Assembly (NCBI GenBank): GCA_030390025.1
Contig: JASTWF010000070.1
Location: 992,001-1,056,000 of the forward strand
DNA length: 64,000 nt
From: Squalus acanthias
Lineage: Eukaryota
Reading direction: 5' to 3'
This document shows, in pieces, positions 47,974 to 60,565 of the stretch. Within the stretch, counting starts at the first letter, position 1, and each line of letters begins with the position of its first letter. The position numbers were made by a program, and so were the translations under genes. The notes beneath the pieces were generated by a model that worked only from the letters and a program-made list of their open reading frames with translations, did no database searches and was not told the origin of the DNA.

Positions 47974-48306
47974 TTGCAGAATCCCAGCCCTTTCTGTCTC
48001 GGAGCCCCTTCACAGTGACAGCCGGAGTCGGCTAGTCGGTTGAATTTGAATGTCACCAGATTTCTAAAGTGTATTTTGTGAATAGCTATTTCTGGTACAA
48101 GCAGCGTGTGGGTGAAGCCCCGAGAATAATCGATATCCCATCCTGTAATCGGACCGATTGCAAGTTTACTTCTAAAAAAGGACACACCGAATATATACTG
48201 ATCCTGGAAATCAGCAATGTACAGGTGGCTGACACCGGCTCCTATTACTGTGCTGATAGGGATGGCTATGCACCGCTCGGGAATGGATCCACGCTGCTGG
48301 TTGGAG
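47974..48306 (+). CDS. V-set domain exon with integrated J (VJ), premature TAG
   Basis: FEC...YFWYKQRVGEAP...LEISNVQVADTGSYYCADRDGYAPLGNGSTLLVG|GTAAGA; no RSS. Confidence 0.88.
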
Positions 48307-48396
48307 GTAAGAGCGAAACCAAATTGAATTCAGATCATGCACAGCAATATCATTCGGTGTAAACTAAGAGTTAACTGTCTCCCAATCCCTGTCCAG

Positions 48397-48717
48397 ACAG
48401 GTCCACACCCAAGACGGCTGTGCTGGTGTTTGCTCCGCCGGTGGACACGTCTTTAAGGGACACCGTCCCCTTGGTGTGTTTGGTCACTGGCGTCTCCTCG
48501 AACCAGATTGCTATTTACTGGATCGTTACCGGACAGGTGACCGAGGAACGGAGCGATTCCGGTACACTGGACCCGGACGGGACCTACAGCATCAGAAGCC
48601 ATGTGATGGTCTCGAGGGAAGCCTGGAGAAGCGGCGGGGTCTGCACCTGTATTGTTAAGCTGGGTTCCAAGGACAAATCTTGGGCCAAGAGCGTGTCGCG
48701 CCCCAAAACAGTGGCAG
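48397..48717 (+). CDS. C1-set Ig domain exon
   Basis: VLVFAPP...LVCLVTG...IYW...DGTYSIRSHV...EAW...CTCIV; 90-bp intron from VJ. Confidence 0.85.
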
Positions 48718-49770
48718 CTGAGTCTGTAATCTGTGTAGCGAAGGTCAGTATTCAGCTTTAGCGTCAGTTGGAGTAGTTCACTCGCGCCTGAAGTCTGTAA
48801 ATAAAGCAACACCACGGGATGAGCATGAATATCTATATATCAGGAGAATAGTGCGTTCAGTCTGTTATAAAATACATTGAAATAAGCTACGGTTACCCTC
48901 CGTCCCAGGTCTTGTAAATAATTCCTCCGCTCTGGGCTGACTTTAGATTTCTGCGGGTCATTTTAGAATCATTGAATGATACAGCACAGAAGGAGGCCAT
49001 TCGGCCCATCGTGCCTGTGCCGGTTCTTTAAAAGAGCTCTCCAATTAATCCAACTCCGTTTCTGCTCTTTCCCCACAGCGCTTGCAAGATTTTCCCCTTC
49101 AATTATTTATCCAATACCCTTTTGAAAGTTATTAGTGAATCAGCTTCCACCGCCCTTTCAGGCAGCGCATCCTGGAATGGATTGGAGTGAACGCGCTTTC
49201 TGACCTGAAGCTAGTCAAGAGATGCGGTGAAATAGTTGGCTGAACGCGTCTGCTGGGATCAGACGCTCGCTCATTTCCACCCGTTTATTTTCTCGTTTCC
49301 TGTTTTAAAGACCCGAACGCCCCTTATCAATCCCCACTTTCCCCGTGAAATATATTTTCGTTTAAACGGGTTATTAAACTTCAATGAAATTGGGTAATCG
49401 TTTCAGTTTATCACTCATAACACATGGGGAGTGTATGTGCACACATCTTTGAAGGTGGCAGGACAAGTCGAGAAGACTTTAAAAAAATGGGATCCTTGGT
49501 TTTATTAATAGAGGAATAGAGTACAGAAGCAAGGAAGTTATGCTAAACCTTTATAAAACACTGGTTGGGCCACAGCTGGAGTATAGTGTCCAATCCTGGG
49601 CACCACACTTTAGGAAGGATGTCAATTCCTTGGAGAGGGTGCAGAGAAGATTTACCAGAATGGTACCAGGGATGAGGGACTTTAGTTATGTGGATAGACT
49701 GGAGAAGCTGAGATTGTTCTCCAAAAAGCAGACAAGGTTAAGAGGAGATTTAATAGCGCTGTTCAATCAT

Positions 49771-51537
49771 ACATACATAGATACATAGAAGATAGGAGCA
49801 GGAGTAGGCCATCCGGCCCTTCGAGCCTGCTCCGCCATTTAATGAGATCATGGCTGATCCTCCAATTCAGTATCCCGTCCCCGCCTTCTCTCCGTAACCC
49901 TTAACCCCTTTTGCCTGTAGAAATATATCTAATTCCCTCTTAAATATATTTAATGAGCTGGCGTACACTGCCTTCTGTGGCAATGAGTTCCACAGGTTCA
50001 CCACCCTCTGAGTGAAGAAATTCCCCCTCATTTCTGTCCTAAATGGTTTAGCCCTTAACCTTAAATTATGTCCTCTAGTTCTGTTCTCACCCGCCAAGGG
50101 AAACATTCCTTCTGCATCTAGTCTGTCTAGACCTGTCAGAATTTTATACACTTCTATGAGGTCCCCTCCCAATCTTCTAAACTCCAGTGTGTACATCCCT
50201 AAACTACATAGTCTCTCCTCATAGGTCAATCCCGCCATTCCTGGTATCAGCCTGGTGAATCGCCGCTGCACCCCCTCCATGGCAAGAACATCTTTCCTCA
50301 GATGAGGCGACCAAAACTGTACACAGTACTCGAGGTGTGGTCTCACCAGTGCCCTGTACAGCTGCAGCAAGGTATCCCTGTTCCTGTATTCCAACCCTTT
50401 TGCTATGAAGGCCAGCATACCGTTTGCCTTCTTGACCGCCTGTTGCACCTGCATGCTCGCCTTCAGTGACTGGTGTACAAGAACACCCAGGTCTCTCTGT
50501 ACTTCCCCCTCTCCCAATTTATTGCCATTTAAATAATAATTTGCCCTCCCGTTCCTGCACCCAAGGTGGATAACTTCGCACTTGTCCACATTATAGTGCA
50601 TCTGCCATTTATCCGCCCAATCACCCAGTCTGTCCAAATCGCTCTGGAGCTTCCTGGTCTCCTCCTCTGAGCCCACCCCCACTCCTAGTTTAGTGTCGTC
50701 TGCAAATTTGGAAATGCTGCATCCGACTCCCTGATCAAGGTCATTAATGTAAATTGTGAACAGCTGGGGACCCAGTACAGATCCCTGTGGTACCCCACTT
50801 GTTACTGCCTGCCATTCAGAAAATGAGCCGTTTATTCCAACTCTCTGTTTTCTATCTGACAGCCAGTTCTCTATCCACGTCAATACTTTCCCCTTTATCC
50901 CATGAGCTTCAATTTTCCATGCTAATCTTTTATGTGGGACCTTGTCGAAGGCCTTTTGGAAGTCCAGGTACACCACATCTACTGGCTCTCCCCCATCTAT
51001 TTTACCAGTTACTCCCTCAAAAAATTCCAATAGATTAGTCAAGCACGATTTACCCTTTGTAAATCCATGTTGACTCTGTCCTATCCTGTCCCCATTTGCT
51101 AAGTGTTCCGCTATTTCATCCTTAATGATGGACTCCAGCATTTTGCCCACAACTGATGTAAGGCTTACAGGTCTGTAATTACCTGCTTTTTCCCTACCCC
51201 CCTTTTTGAATAGTGGGGTAACGTTAGCTACCCTCCAATCCATGGGCACTGTTCCCGAGTCTAATGAATTCTGAAAAATCATACTTAGTGCATCCGCTAT
51301 CTCTAGGTCCACCTCCTTCAGTACCCTAGGATGCATGTTATCAGGCCCTGGGGATTTGTCCGCCTTCAATCCCTTTAGCTTCCTTAACACCATATCCTTA
51401 GAGATATTGATTTGCGTCAGTTCCTCCTTTGTCAATGTCCCTATTTTTCCCGATATCCCAGGGAGGTTTTTTGTGTCTTCCTTCGTAAAGACTGACCCAA
51501 AGTATGCATTTAGTTGGCCTGCCATTTCCTTATCATG
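49771..51537 (-). mobile_element. Young 5'-truncated CR1 with open RT domain, TSD AATCAT
   Basis: Uninterrupted ORF2 RT to the stop at 49867; AATCAT at 49765-49770 and 51538-51543, splitting an older plus-strand LINE (about 49420-51895). Confidence 0.9.
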
Positions 51538-52165
51538 AATCATGAAGGGTTCTAATAGAATAAACAATGAAAAATTGTTCCCATTGGCAGAAGGGTCGGT
51601 AATCAGAGGACACAGATTTAAGTTGATTGGCAAAAGTACCAGAGGCGAGATGAGGAGACACTTTTTTACGCAGCCAGTTGTTGTGATCCGGAATGTTATG
51701 CCTGAAAGGGCGGTGATAGCCAGTTCAATAGCAACTTTCAAAAGGGAACTGGAAAAATAATTGAAGGGATAACATTAACAGGGCTATGGGGAAAGAGAAG
51801 GCGAGTGGGAATAATTGGGTAGCTCCACAAACGAGCCGGCACAGCCACGATGAGTTGAATGGCCTCCTTCTGTGCTGTAATCATTCTATGATTCAGTTTT
51901 CAAATAGAATGTTTTGATTGTGCATTAGGAAAATTATGGGGCAATACTGAGAGTGCCGTCTGTCAATTTGCCTCAGCCACCAAACTAGTGCAATTTATTC
52001 CATTATATACTTTCACTTGTCCAATATTAGTCGCATTGGCTGGTTTGTCCTTTCACACCCCGGGTTTGATGCTCCTTCATTGTAACTGGTTCACGTTTCT
52101 CATAAGAGAATCCCAGAAAGCAATGAGTTGACCCAGCAGCATTTTCTAAGTGTTTCTCTCTGTAG

Positions 52166-52267
52166 GGTGGTGCGTTCCGACCCTTCCCGTTGCAATAACT
52201 ATCACGGTGATCCTGGTTCTGGTATTGATCCTCATTTCCATTTGGAATCATAAAAGCCGCAGATCAG
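52166..52267 (+). CDS. Transmembrane exon of VJ-C1 receptor
   Basis: TTTCTCTCTGTAG|GWCVPTLPVAITITVILVLVLILISIWNHKSRRS-G|GTGAGA; uncharged TM followed by a basic stop-transfer. Confidence 0.82.
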
Positions 52268-52876
52268 GTGAGAATTTCCATTTACCACGAATATTTTAAT
52301 AAATGTTTGTTTAATGTGATTCCCTTCACGAAGGTTTAAATAATAATTACAGTTAATTGTTTCAGAAGAACGAGTCAAGAGACCCCACAAGGAAAGGTGA
52401 GTAACTGAACCATTTTGAATGATAATCAGTAACAGTCTCACTGTATTTAACACTGCCAAAACCAATCAACCCCAACTCCAATTTCAATATTTTCCACGTT
52501 CTTTTAAGATTGATATAAAGTCAATTTCACAATATTGTTCTCGATGTTTATGGCACGTGATCAAGGATTTACAAGAAGTAATGCTTGTTTCATATTTTTC
52601 TTCGCATACAGTTTTAGTTTGGGAGAGAGAACGATAATAGCCGGAAGAAATGAGCGACATTCGAGTGAGTTGGATTGAAATGTTGGTGCAGATATAACAT
52701 CAATTGCAGGATATATCAAAGATCAAAAAGTTCATTTCCAGCCATCAAAATGTCCTGCCATCGTGATGCTGTCTCCTGGAAATGCAGAAAGGCTAATTAT
52801 TGGTTATTAATGCTGACAATTGCGTATCAGATGGGCAATAGACGCCAGACACCGGGGGTGGATTATCCATGTCCAT

Positions 52877-53170
52877 CCATTGGCGTATTGGGATACCATT
52901 GGCGTATTAGGGTATCATTGGCGTATTGGGGTACCATTGGCGTATTGGGGTACCATTGGCGTATTGGTGGACGATTGGTGTAATGGGGCACTATTGGCAT
53001 ATTGAGGTGCCATTGCGTAATGGTGGACCATTGGCATATTGGGTGATTATTGGCTTATTGGGGTACCATTGGCATATCGGTGGACCATTTGCGTATTGAT
53101 GGACAATTAGCATATTGTGGTACCATTGGCATATTGGTGGACCATTGGCATATTAGGGGACCATTGGCGC
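52877..53170. repeat. About 20-bp minisatellite (CCATTGGCGTATTGGGGTA-like)
   Basis: About 14 imperfect units. Confidence 0.85.
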
Positions 53171-53248
53171 ATGGTGCGTCTGTAATTAATTATAGATTAG
53201 CCAGAACTGAGAATGTTTAAAATCATATTCTTAACTGTTAATACACAG

Positions 53249-53298
53249 GTGACACTCGTCAAATGGAGGCGAAGCGGACACATCAGGGTGCAATACAT
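53249..53298 (+). CDS. Cytoplasmic exon 1
   Basis: ACACAG|GDTRQMEAKRTHQGAIH|GTAAGT, phase 1 to phase 0. Confidence 0.72.
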
Positions 53299-53930
53299 GT
53301 AAGTAAGTTTATTCAACCTGTTGCATTAATATACAGGTACTTGGTGATTTCTGGGATGGGTGCAATGCGCTGCATGCGGGATATTTCATGCGGTTGGCAT
53401 TGAGCAGGTCATAGTCCAGATCAACTTAATTTGCAGCGAATCCCACTCGTTGCTCCAACTGGAAACAGAACATATCCCAAAGCCCTCTTCCCACCTGATA
53501 ATAGAAAGGATAGGTTAATGTTCCAGGTAGAATTACTTCTCCAGAATTTACTGCGGATTTTCAGCAGGTTCTGTTGCTATTTCAGATTTCCAGCTTTTTG
53601 TTATATTCTATTCCTTTTATCTTAACATTGAGTCCATGTCCGCTACCACCGACAAACCCCCGTCACCAATCTCCCGCCAATCCGGCGGAGATACTGTTTT
53701 TAATATATTAGACACAGTTATTATTATGAAGATTCAGAAATGAGACGACACCCAGAATCGTTTCACAGATAAGTCAAAATATATTTCTATGTTAAGATGT
53801 CGAAGAAGGAATCAGTTTGGATGGAATGTGATTGTGTGTGTGTGGGCGTGTGTGTATGTGTGAGAGTGCATGAGTGTGTGAGTGTGTGTGTGTGTGAGTG
53901 TGCAACTGAGAGTGCGTGTGTGAGATTGTC

Positions 53931-54410
53931 AGCCGTGGCTCAGTCGGTAGCACTCTCGCCTTTGGTTCCGAAGGTCATTGGTTCAAGTACAACTCCAGAG
54001 ACTTGCACACAATAATCTAGGCTGATGCTCCCAATGCAAAACTGAGAGAGAGCCGCACTGTCGGAGGGGCAGTACTGAGGAAGCGCTACACCTTCGCAGG
54101 TGCCGTCATTCAGATGAGATGTTAAATTGAGGCCCCGTCTGCTTTCTCAGGTGGACGAAAAATAAATCACGCCACTATCTCGAAGAAGAGCAGTAGAATT
54201 CGACCTGGTGTCCTGGGCCAATATTAATCCCTCAACCAACATCACTTAAAAACAGATTAACTGGTCATTATCACATGGCAGTTTTTGGGAGCTTGCAGAT
54301 TGGTTGCCACGTTTTCTACAGTGACTACACTTCAAAAGTATTTCTTCGGTTGTGAAGCGCTTTGGGACGTGCTAAGGTCATGAAAGGTGCTGTAGAAATG
54401 AAAGTTTTTC
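53931..54410 (+). mobile_element. Deu-domain SINE
   Basis: A and B boxes and core as at 17484. Confidence 0.75.
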
Positions 54411-54419
54411 TTTCTCTTA

Positions 54420-54720
54420 TGATGTGTGATGGCGTGTGTGTGTGACACTGTCTGGGTATGATTGAGTGTGAGTGTAATTGAGTGTGTGTGTGTGTGATTC
54501 TGTCTGGGTATGATTGATTGTGTGTGTGTGTCAGTGATAGAATGTCTGTGTGTGTGTGATTCTGTCTGGGTATTACTGATTGTGTGTGTGTGAGTGATTG
54601 AATGTCTGTGTGTGTGTGATTCTGTCTGGGTATGAATGATTGCGTGTGTGTGAGTGATGGAGTGTCTGTGTGTGTGTGTGATTCTGTCTGGGTATGATTT
54701 ATCGTGTGTGTGTGATTGTG
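54420..54720. repeat. GT-rich compound tandem repeat (about 60-bp period)
   Basis: (GT)n interleaved with TCTGTCTGGGTA. Confidence 0.8.
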
Positions 54721-55059
54721 ATCTACGTAACCTTTTAGATGGTGCATGGCGAAATATGGCCGCATGATTGGATTGCTTTGATGTGTCTATCCTATCAAAC
54801 AGATAGAATCATCATCCCAGTTTTCTCATTAAATGTTGGTGATTTCTGGGTTCAGCTGCTTTAGGAGTTGTGCTCCTCTGTTTGCTAAAACATTAATTCA
54901 GACAGTTCTGGTGTGGACATATTAAGCACATTATCAAATTTAGAAAGAGTGTGGGTGAAGCAGATTCAATGCTAAGTTTCAAAAGCAAATTGCATAAATA
55001 TTCGAAGGATAATAATGTGTAGGTCTGTGGGGAAAAGAAGGGATACTGGGACTTATTGG

Positions 55060-55910
55060 ATAGCGTGGGCAGTAAGGTGGGAGTTGCAGTATAATGTAGG
55101 GAAATGTGAGGTTATTCACTTTGGTAGGAAGAATAGAAAAACAGAGCATTTTTTAAATGGTGAGACACTTTTAAATGTTTGTGTTGAGAGAGTTCTGGGT
55201 GTCCTCGTGCAAGAAACACAGAAAGCTTTTATACAGGTATAGCATGCAATAAGGAAGGCAAATGGCATGTTGGCCTTTATTGCAAGGGGGTTGGAGTATA
55301 AGAATAAGGAAGTCTTGCTAAAATTGTACAGGGCCTTGGTGAGACCACACCTGGAGTACTGTCCCCATTTTTGGTCTCCTTATATAAGAAAGGATATACT
55401 TGATTTGGAGGTGCTGCAACAAAGGTTCACTAAATTGATTCCTGAGATGAGAGGGCTGTCTTATTATGAGAGATCGTGTAGATTGGGACTCTACTCTCTG
55501 GAGTTTAGAAGAATGAGAGGTGATCCCATTGAAACATACAATATTCTGAAGGGGATTGAAAGGGTAGATGCTGAGAGGTTGTTTCCACCTGGCAGGCTTG
55601 TCTCGAACTAGGGCGCATAGTCTCAGGATAAGGGTCGGATATTTAAGACTAAGATTAGGAAGCATTTCTTCACTCAGATTGTTGTGAATCTTTGGAATTC
55701 TCTGCCCCAGAGAGCTGTGGATGCTCAGTCTTTGAGTATATTCAAGACTGAGATAGATAGATTTTTGGACTCTAGTGGAATCAAGGGATATGGAGATCGG
55801 GTTGGAAAGAGGAGTTGAGGTCGATGATCAGCCATGATCTTATTGAATGGCGGAGCAGGCTCGAGGGGCCGTATGTCCTACTCCTGCTCCTATGTTCTTC
55901 TGTTCTTACG
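55060..55910 (+). mobile_element. CR1 3' fragment
   Basis: YNVGKCEVIHFG...LYRALVRPHLEY. Confidence 0.85.
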
Positions 55911-56067
55911 ATCTTTCAAAGAGCCAGCACAGGCACGATGGACCGAATGGCCTGCTTCTGTGCTGCATCGTTCTCTGATTCCATGAAACGCGACTGCATG
56001 ACGAGTTAGTTTGACCTGCCTTTAAATATCTTGAAATGTCAATGTTTAATATTTTTTCCTGTCTCAG

Positions 56068-56154
56068 GGCGGGCCTCGAGACCAGATATTTTACGCCTCG
56101 CTGGAATATGCTGCCTCGGAAAAGTCATCAAAAAAGAAGGTCGGTCGCGGATGA
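56068..56154 (+). CDS. Terminal cytoplasmic exon with ITIM
   Basis: TTTTTTCCTGTCTCAG|GGPRDQIFYASLEYAASEKSSKKKVGRG*; IFYASL at 56086-56103; AATAAA at 56488-56493. Confidence 0.8.
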   Translation, partial: GGPRDQIFYASLEYAASEKSSKKKVGRG

Positions 56155-57259
56155 GAACCCGGAGGGTTTCGATCCGATGGATGCGGGAGGAGACCGGACT
56201 TCCAAAAGAACCCACAGCCTGCGGGAAAAAGAATGGAGCCACGGAGACTCCCGTCAAACATCTAAACTATCTGCCTGCACTCGCCAGAGATTTGTAAAGT
56301 CTCTTTCTGTTCAATGTAAACGAACGTGCTTTGAGTATTGTAAAGATACTCCACTGCATTAGTGTAATTCAAGTGTGAGACCAACATTAAGACCACGGAC
56401 TTCTCGGTTTGGTGTTTCTCTGAACCTTTCCTGCTCATCCTGCAGCTCCAGTTAGTAACAACATTTTTTTCCAAATGCTTGTGTATAAATAAAATAAAAT
56501 ATTCTTCGAATGTAACGATGCACGAAAGGTTCCTATCGATCAATACTTCGCTTATAATTAAATGTGATCAGGATAAAACTTCAATGACTATTGAGCTGAC
56601 AATATCGGTCCTGAATTGAGATACTGTTAGTGGCGATATGGTCTGTCTGAGAAGCGAGATACTTAATCATTTACAGACAAAGAACACCACAGGAGAGAAT
56701 CGCGGGCAGAATGCGGGGAATTGTGTCTGGTTCCATTTTACCTTTGGGGTCGTGTGTTTTGCTGTGTGTAGTAATGTCAAAACTACATGTCAGAGACAGA
56801 TGGTGAGTGTAGCGTGGCTTGGGAGGAATGGGTGACTTTGGACCTGTGGTTTCCTGAAACTCTCCACCACTGGAGGTTTGCTCGCGTCAGATCTGGGTCT
56901 CTTGTAGACTCGTGGGTAGGGATGGATTGCCATGACAACTGCATTATAATTGTATCATGGGACTACCAGAATGGCAGAAGGTGAACTCGGTGGATCTTGG
57001 CCTTTTCTCGTCGAGCAATTCCTATGTTCAAGATCCCAGGTATGCACAGTATTGGGCAAGAATATTCAACCAGAGACAGGATTGCACCATAGGTAGTTAT
57101 ATTGGTTTATCCATTAAAGTCAGCTCAGTCTAAGTATTCCCCTTCTGATTAGTTTGGACTCAGCATGTACAAACGAATGAGATTCAGGAGCAACAAAATC
57201 TGTTCCTGGCAAAGACCCTTTCAAATCCATCTCCCAGTATCTGTCCAATAAATCACAAT

Positions 57260-60200
57260 AAATCTCAGGATTGCTACTAGTGTCACGTGCTAGTCAGAGT
57301 AGAAATAGAAGGATATTTCAGATGAATACGTGACTAGAGGAATGGTGCAAGGGGCAGGGATTCAAATTCCTGGGACATTGGAACCGGTTCTGGGGGAGAT
57401 GGGATCAGTACAAACTGGACGGTTTGCACCTGGGCGGGACCGGGACTGATGTTCTAGGGGGACTGTTTGCTAGTGCTGTTGTGGACCGTTTAAACTAAAA
57501 TGGCAGGGTGTTCGGAACCTGTGCAGGGAGACAGAGGAAAGGGAAGCAAGGATAGAAACAAAAGACAGGAAGGAGAAAAGCAAACGTGGAAGGCAGATAA
57601 ATCAAGGGTGTAAATTAAACAGGGCTACAGTAAATAATAATTCTAAAAGAACTAAGAGTGTTAAAAAAACAAGCCTGAAGGCTTTGTGTCTTAATGCAAG
57701 GAGCATTCGTAATAACGTGGATGAATTAGCTGTGCAAATAGATGTAAATGGACATGATATAATTGGGATTATGGAGACATGGCTCCAGGGTGACCAAGGC
57801 TGGGAATTCGACATCCAGGGGTATTCAGTATTCAGGAAGGACAGGCAAAAAGGAAAAGGAGGTGGGGTAGCATTGCTGGTTAAAGAGGAGATTAACACAA
57901 TAGTAAGGAAGGTTATTAGCTCTGATGTTGTGGAATCTGTATGGGTAGAGCTGAGAAATACCAACGGGCAGAAAACGTTAGTGGGAGTTGTATACAGACC
58001 CCCAAACAGTAATGCTGAGGTTGGGGATGGCATTAAACGGGAAATTAGAGATGTGTGCAATAAGGGCACAGCAGTTATCATGGGTGACTTTAATCTACAT
58101 ATAGATTGGGCTAACCAAATTAGTAACAATACTGCAGAGGAGTAATTCCTGGAGTGTATACGGGATGGTTTCCTGGACCAATATGTCGAGGAACCAACTA
58201 GAGTTCAGGCCATCTTAGACTGGGTATTATGTAATGCGAAAGGATTAATTAGCTTTCTTGTTGCGCAAGGCCCCTTGGGGAGGAGCGATCATAATATGAT
58301 AGAATTCTTCATTAGGATGGAGAGTGAAGTATTTGACTCAGAGACTAGGGTCCTGAATTTAAATAAAGGAAACTACGATGGTATGAGGCGCGAGTTGGCT
58401 AGGATGTATTGGAGAACGTTACTTAAAGGGTTGACGGTGGATAGGCAATGACAAAAATTTAAAGATCGCACGGATGAACTACAGAATTTGTTCATCCCTG
58501 TTTGGCATAAAAATAAAACAAAAAAGGTGACTCAACCGTGGCTAACAAGGGAAATTAGGGATGGCATTAGATCCAAGGAGAGGACATATAAATTGGCCAA
58601 GAAAAGCAGCAAACCTGAGGATTGGGAGCAGTTTAGGATTCAGCAAAGTAGGACAAAGGGATTAATTAAGAGGGGGGAAATAGAATATGAGAGTAAGCTG
58701 GCGATGAACATAAAAACTGACTGTAAAAGCTTCTATGGATATGTGAAGAGAAAATGATTGGTGAAGTCAAGTGTAGGTCCCTTGCAGTCAGAATCAGGGG
58801 AATTTATAATGGGGAACAAAGAAATGGCAGGCCAATTAAATACATGCTTTGATCTGTCTTCACAAAGGAGGACACAAATAATCTCCGAGAGATGTCGGGG
58901 AACATACGGTCTAATGAGAGGGAGGAATTGAATGAAATCAGTATTTGTTGGGAAATGGGGTTAGGGAAATTGACGGGATTGAAGGCCGATAAATCCCCAG
59001 GGCCTGATAATCTACATCCTAGGGTGCTTAAGGAAGTGGCCCTAGAAATAGTAGATGCATTGCTGGTCATCTTCCAAAATTCGAGAGACTCTGGAACAGT
59101 TCCCATGGATTGGAGGGTAGCTAATGTAACCCCACTATTTAAAAAAGGCGGTAGAGCGAAAACGGTGAATTGTAGACTGGTAAGCCTGACATCGCTAGTG
59201 TGGAAAATGCAAGAGTCCATTATAAAAGATGTAATAGCAGAGCAATTGGGATACAGTGACAGGATCGGACAAAGTCAACATGGATTTACAAAAGGTAAAT
59301 CATGCTTGACTAATCTACTGGAATTGTTTGAGGATGTAACTGGCAGAATAGATAAGGGAGATCCAGTGGATGTGGTGTATTTGGACTTTCAGAAGGCTTT
59401 CGATAAGGTCCCGCATAAGAGATTAGCGGCAAATTAAAGCACATGGGATTGGGGGTAAGGTACTGACTTGGATAGAGAAGTGGTTGGCAGACAGGAAGCA
59501 AAGAGTTTGAATAAATGGGTCCTTTTCCGAGTGGCAGGCAGTGACTAGTGGGATACCGCAGGGATCGGTGCTAGGACCCCATCTATACACACTATATATT
59601 AGTGATCTAGACGAGGGAACTAGATGTAATATCTCCAAGTTTGCAGACGAGACAAAGCTGGATGGGCGTGTGTGCTGTGAGGAGGATGCAAAGAAACTCC
59701 AGTATGATTTGGACAGGTTGGGTGATTGGGCAGATGCAGTATAATGTGGATAAATGCGAGGTTATCAACTTTGGTGGCAAAAACAGGAAGACAGTTTATT
59801 ATCTGAATGGCAATAGATTGGGAAATTGGGAAGTGCAACGACACCTGGGTGTCCTTGTGCACCAGTCACTGAAGGTAAGCATGCAGGTGCAGCAGACGGT
59901 TAAGAAGGCAAATGGTATGTTGACCTTCATAGCGAGAGGATTCGAGTACAGGAGCAAGGATGTCTTGCTGCAGTTGTACAGGGCCTTGGTGAGACCACAC
60001 ATTGAGTATTGTGTGCAGTTTTGGTCGCCTTATCTGAGGAAGGATGTTCTTGCCATGGAGGGAGTGCAGCGAAGATTCACCAAATTGATACCTGGGATTA
60101 CAGGAATGACGTATGAAGAGAGATTGGGTCGATTCGGCTTATATTCGCTAGAGTTTAGAAGAATGAGAGGGGATCTCATTGAAACTTATAAAATTCTAAC

Positions 60201-60565
60201 AGGACTCGACAGACTAGTTGCAGAAAGGATGTTCCCGATGGCGGGCGAGTCCAGAACCAGGGGTCACAGTCTAAGGAGAAGGAGTAAGCCATTTAGGACT
60301 GAGATGAGGAGGAATTTCTTCACCCAGAGAGTGGCGTACCTGTGAAATTCTCCACCACATAAGGCAGTTGAGGCCAATTCATTAAATATATTCAAGAAGG
60401 AGTTAGATATATTTCTAAGGCTGAAGGGATCAAGGGATATGGGGAGAAAGCAGGGACAGGGTACTGAATTTGGATGATCAGCCATGATCTCATTAAATGG
60501 TGGAACAGGCTCGCGGGGCCGAATGGCCTACTCCTGCTCCTATCTTCCATGTTTCTATGTTTCTA
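57260..60565 (+). mobile_element. CR1 LINE, 5'-truncated within ORF1, multiple stops
   Basis: Colinear with 24047-27360. Confidence 0.92.

Larger units (their letters stand above)
47292..56154 (+). pseudogene. Non-rearranging antigen-receptor-like IgSF gene (L-VJ-C1-TM-Cyt-ITIM; PRARP/VJC1-like); this copy carries two lesions
   Basis: Six exons with consistent phases, 948 nt (315 aa plus stop); TAG in V at 48033-48035; C1 donor reads CTGAGT. Confidence 0.8.

Noticed and set aside
48720-48750. AAG|GTCAGT as the true C1 donor
   Set aside because: It is phase 0 and would frameshift the phase-1 TM exon
49867-51741. 624-aa ORF as a novel RT fusion gene
   Set aside because: The first approximately 68 aa are the antisense of the older host LINE; the rest is a 5'-truncated CR1 ORF2 bounded by an AATCAT TSD
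52877-53170. CRISPR-like array
   Set aside because: Contiguous imperfect tandem units without unique spacers, in a vertebrate intron
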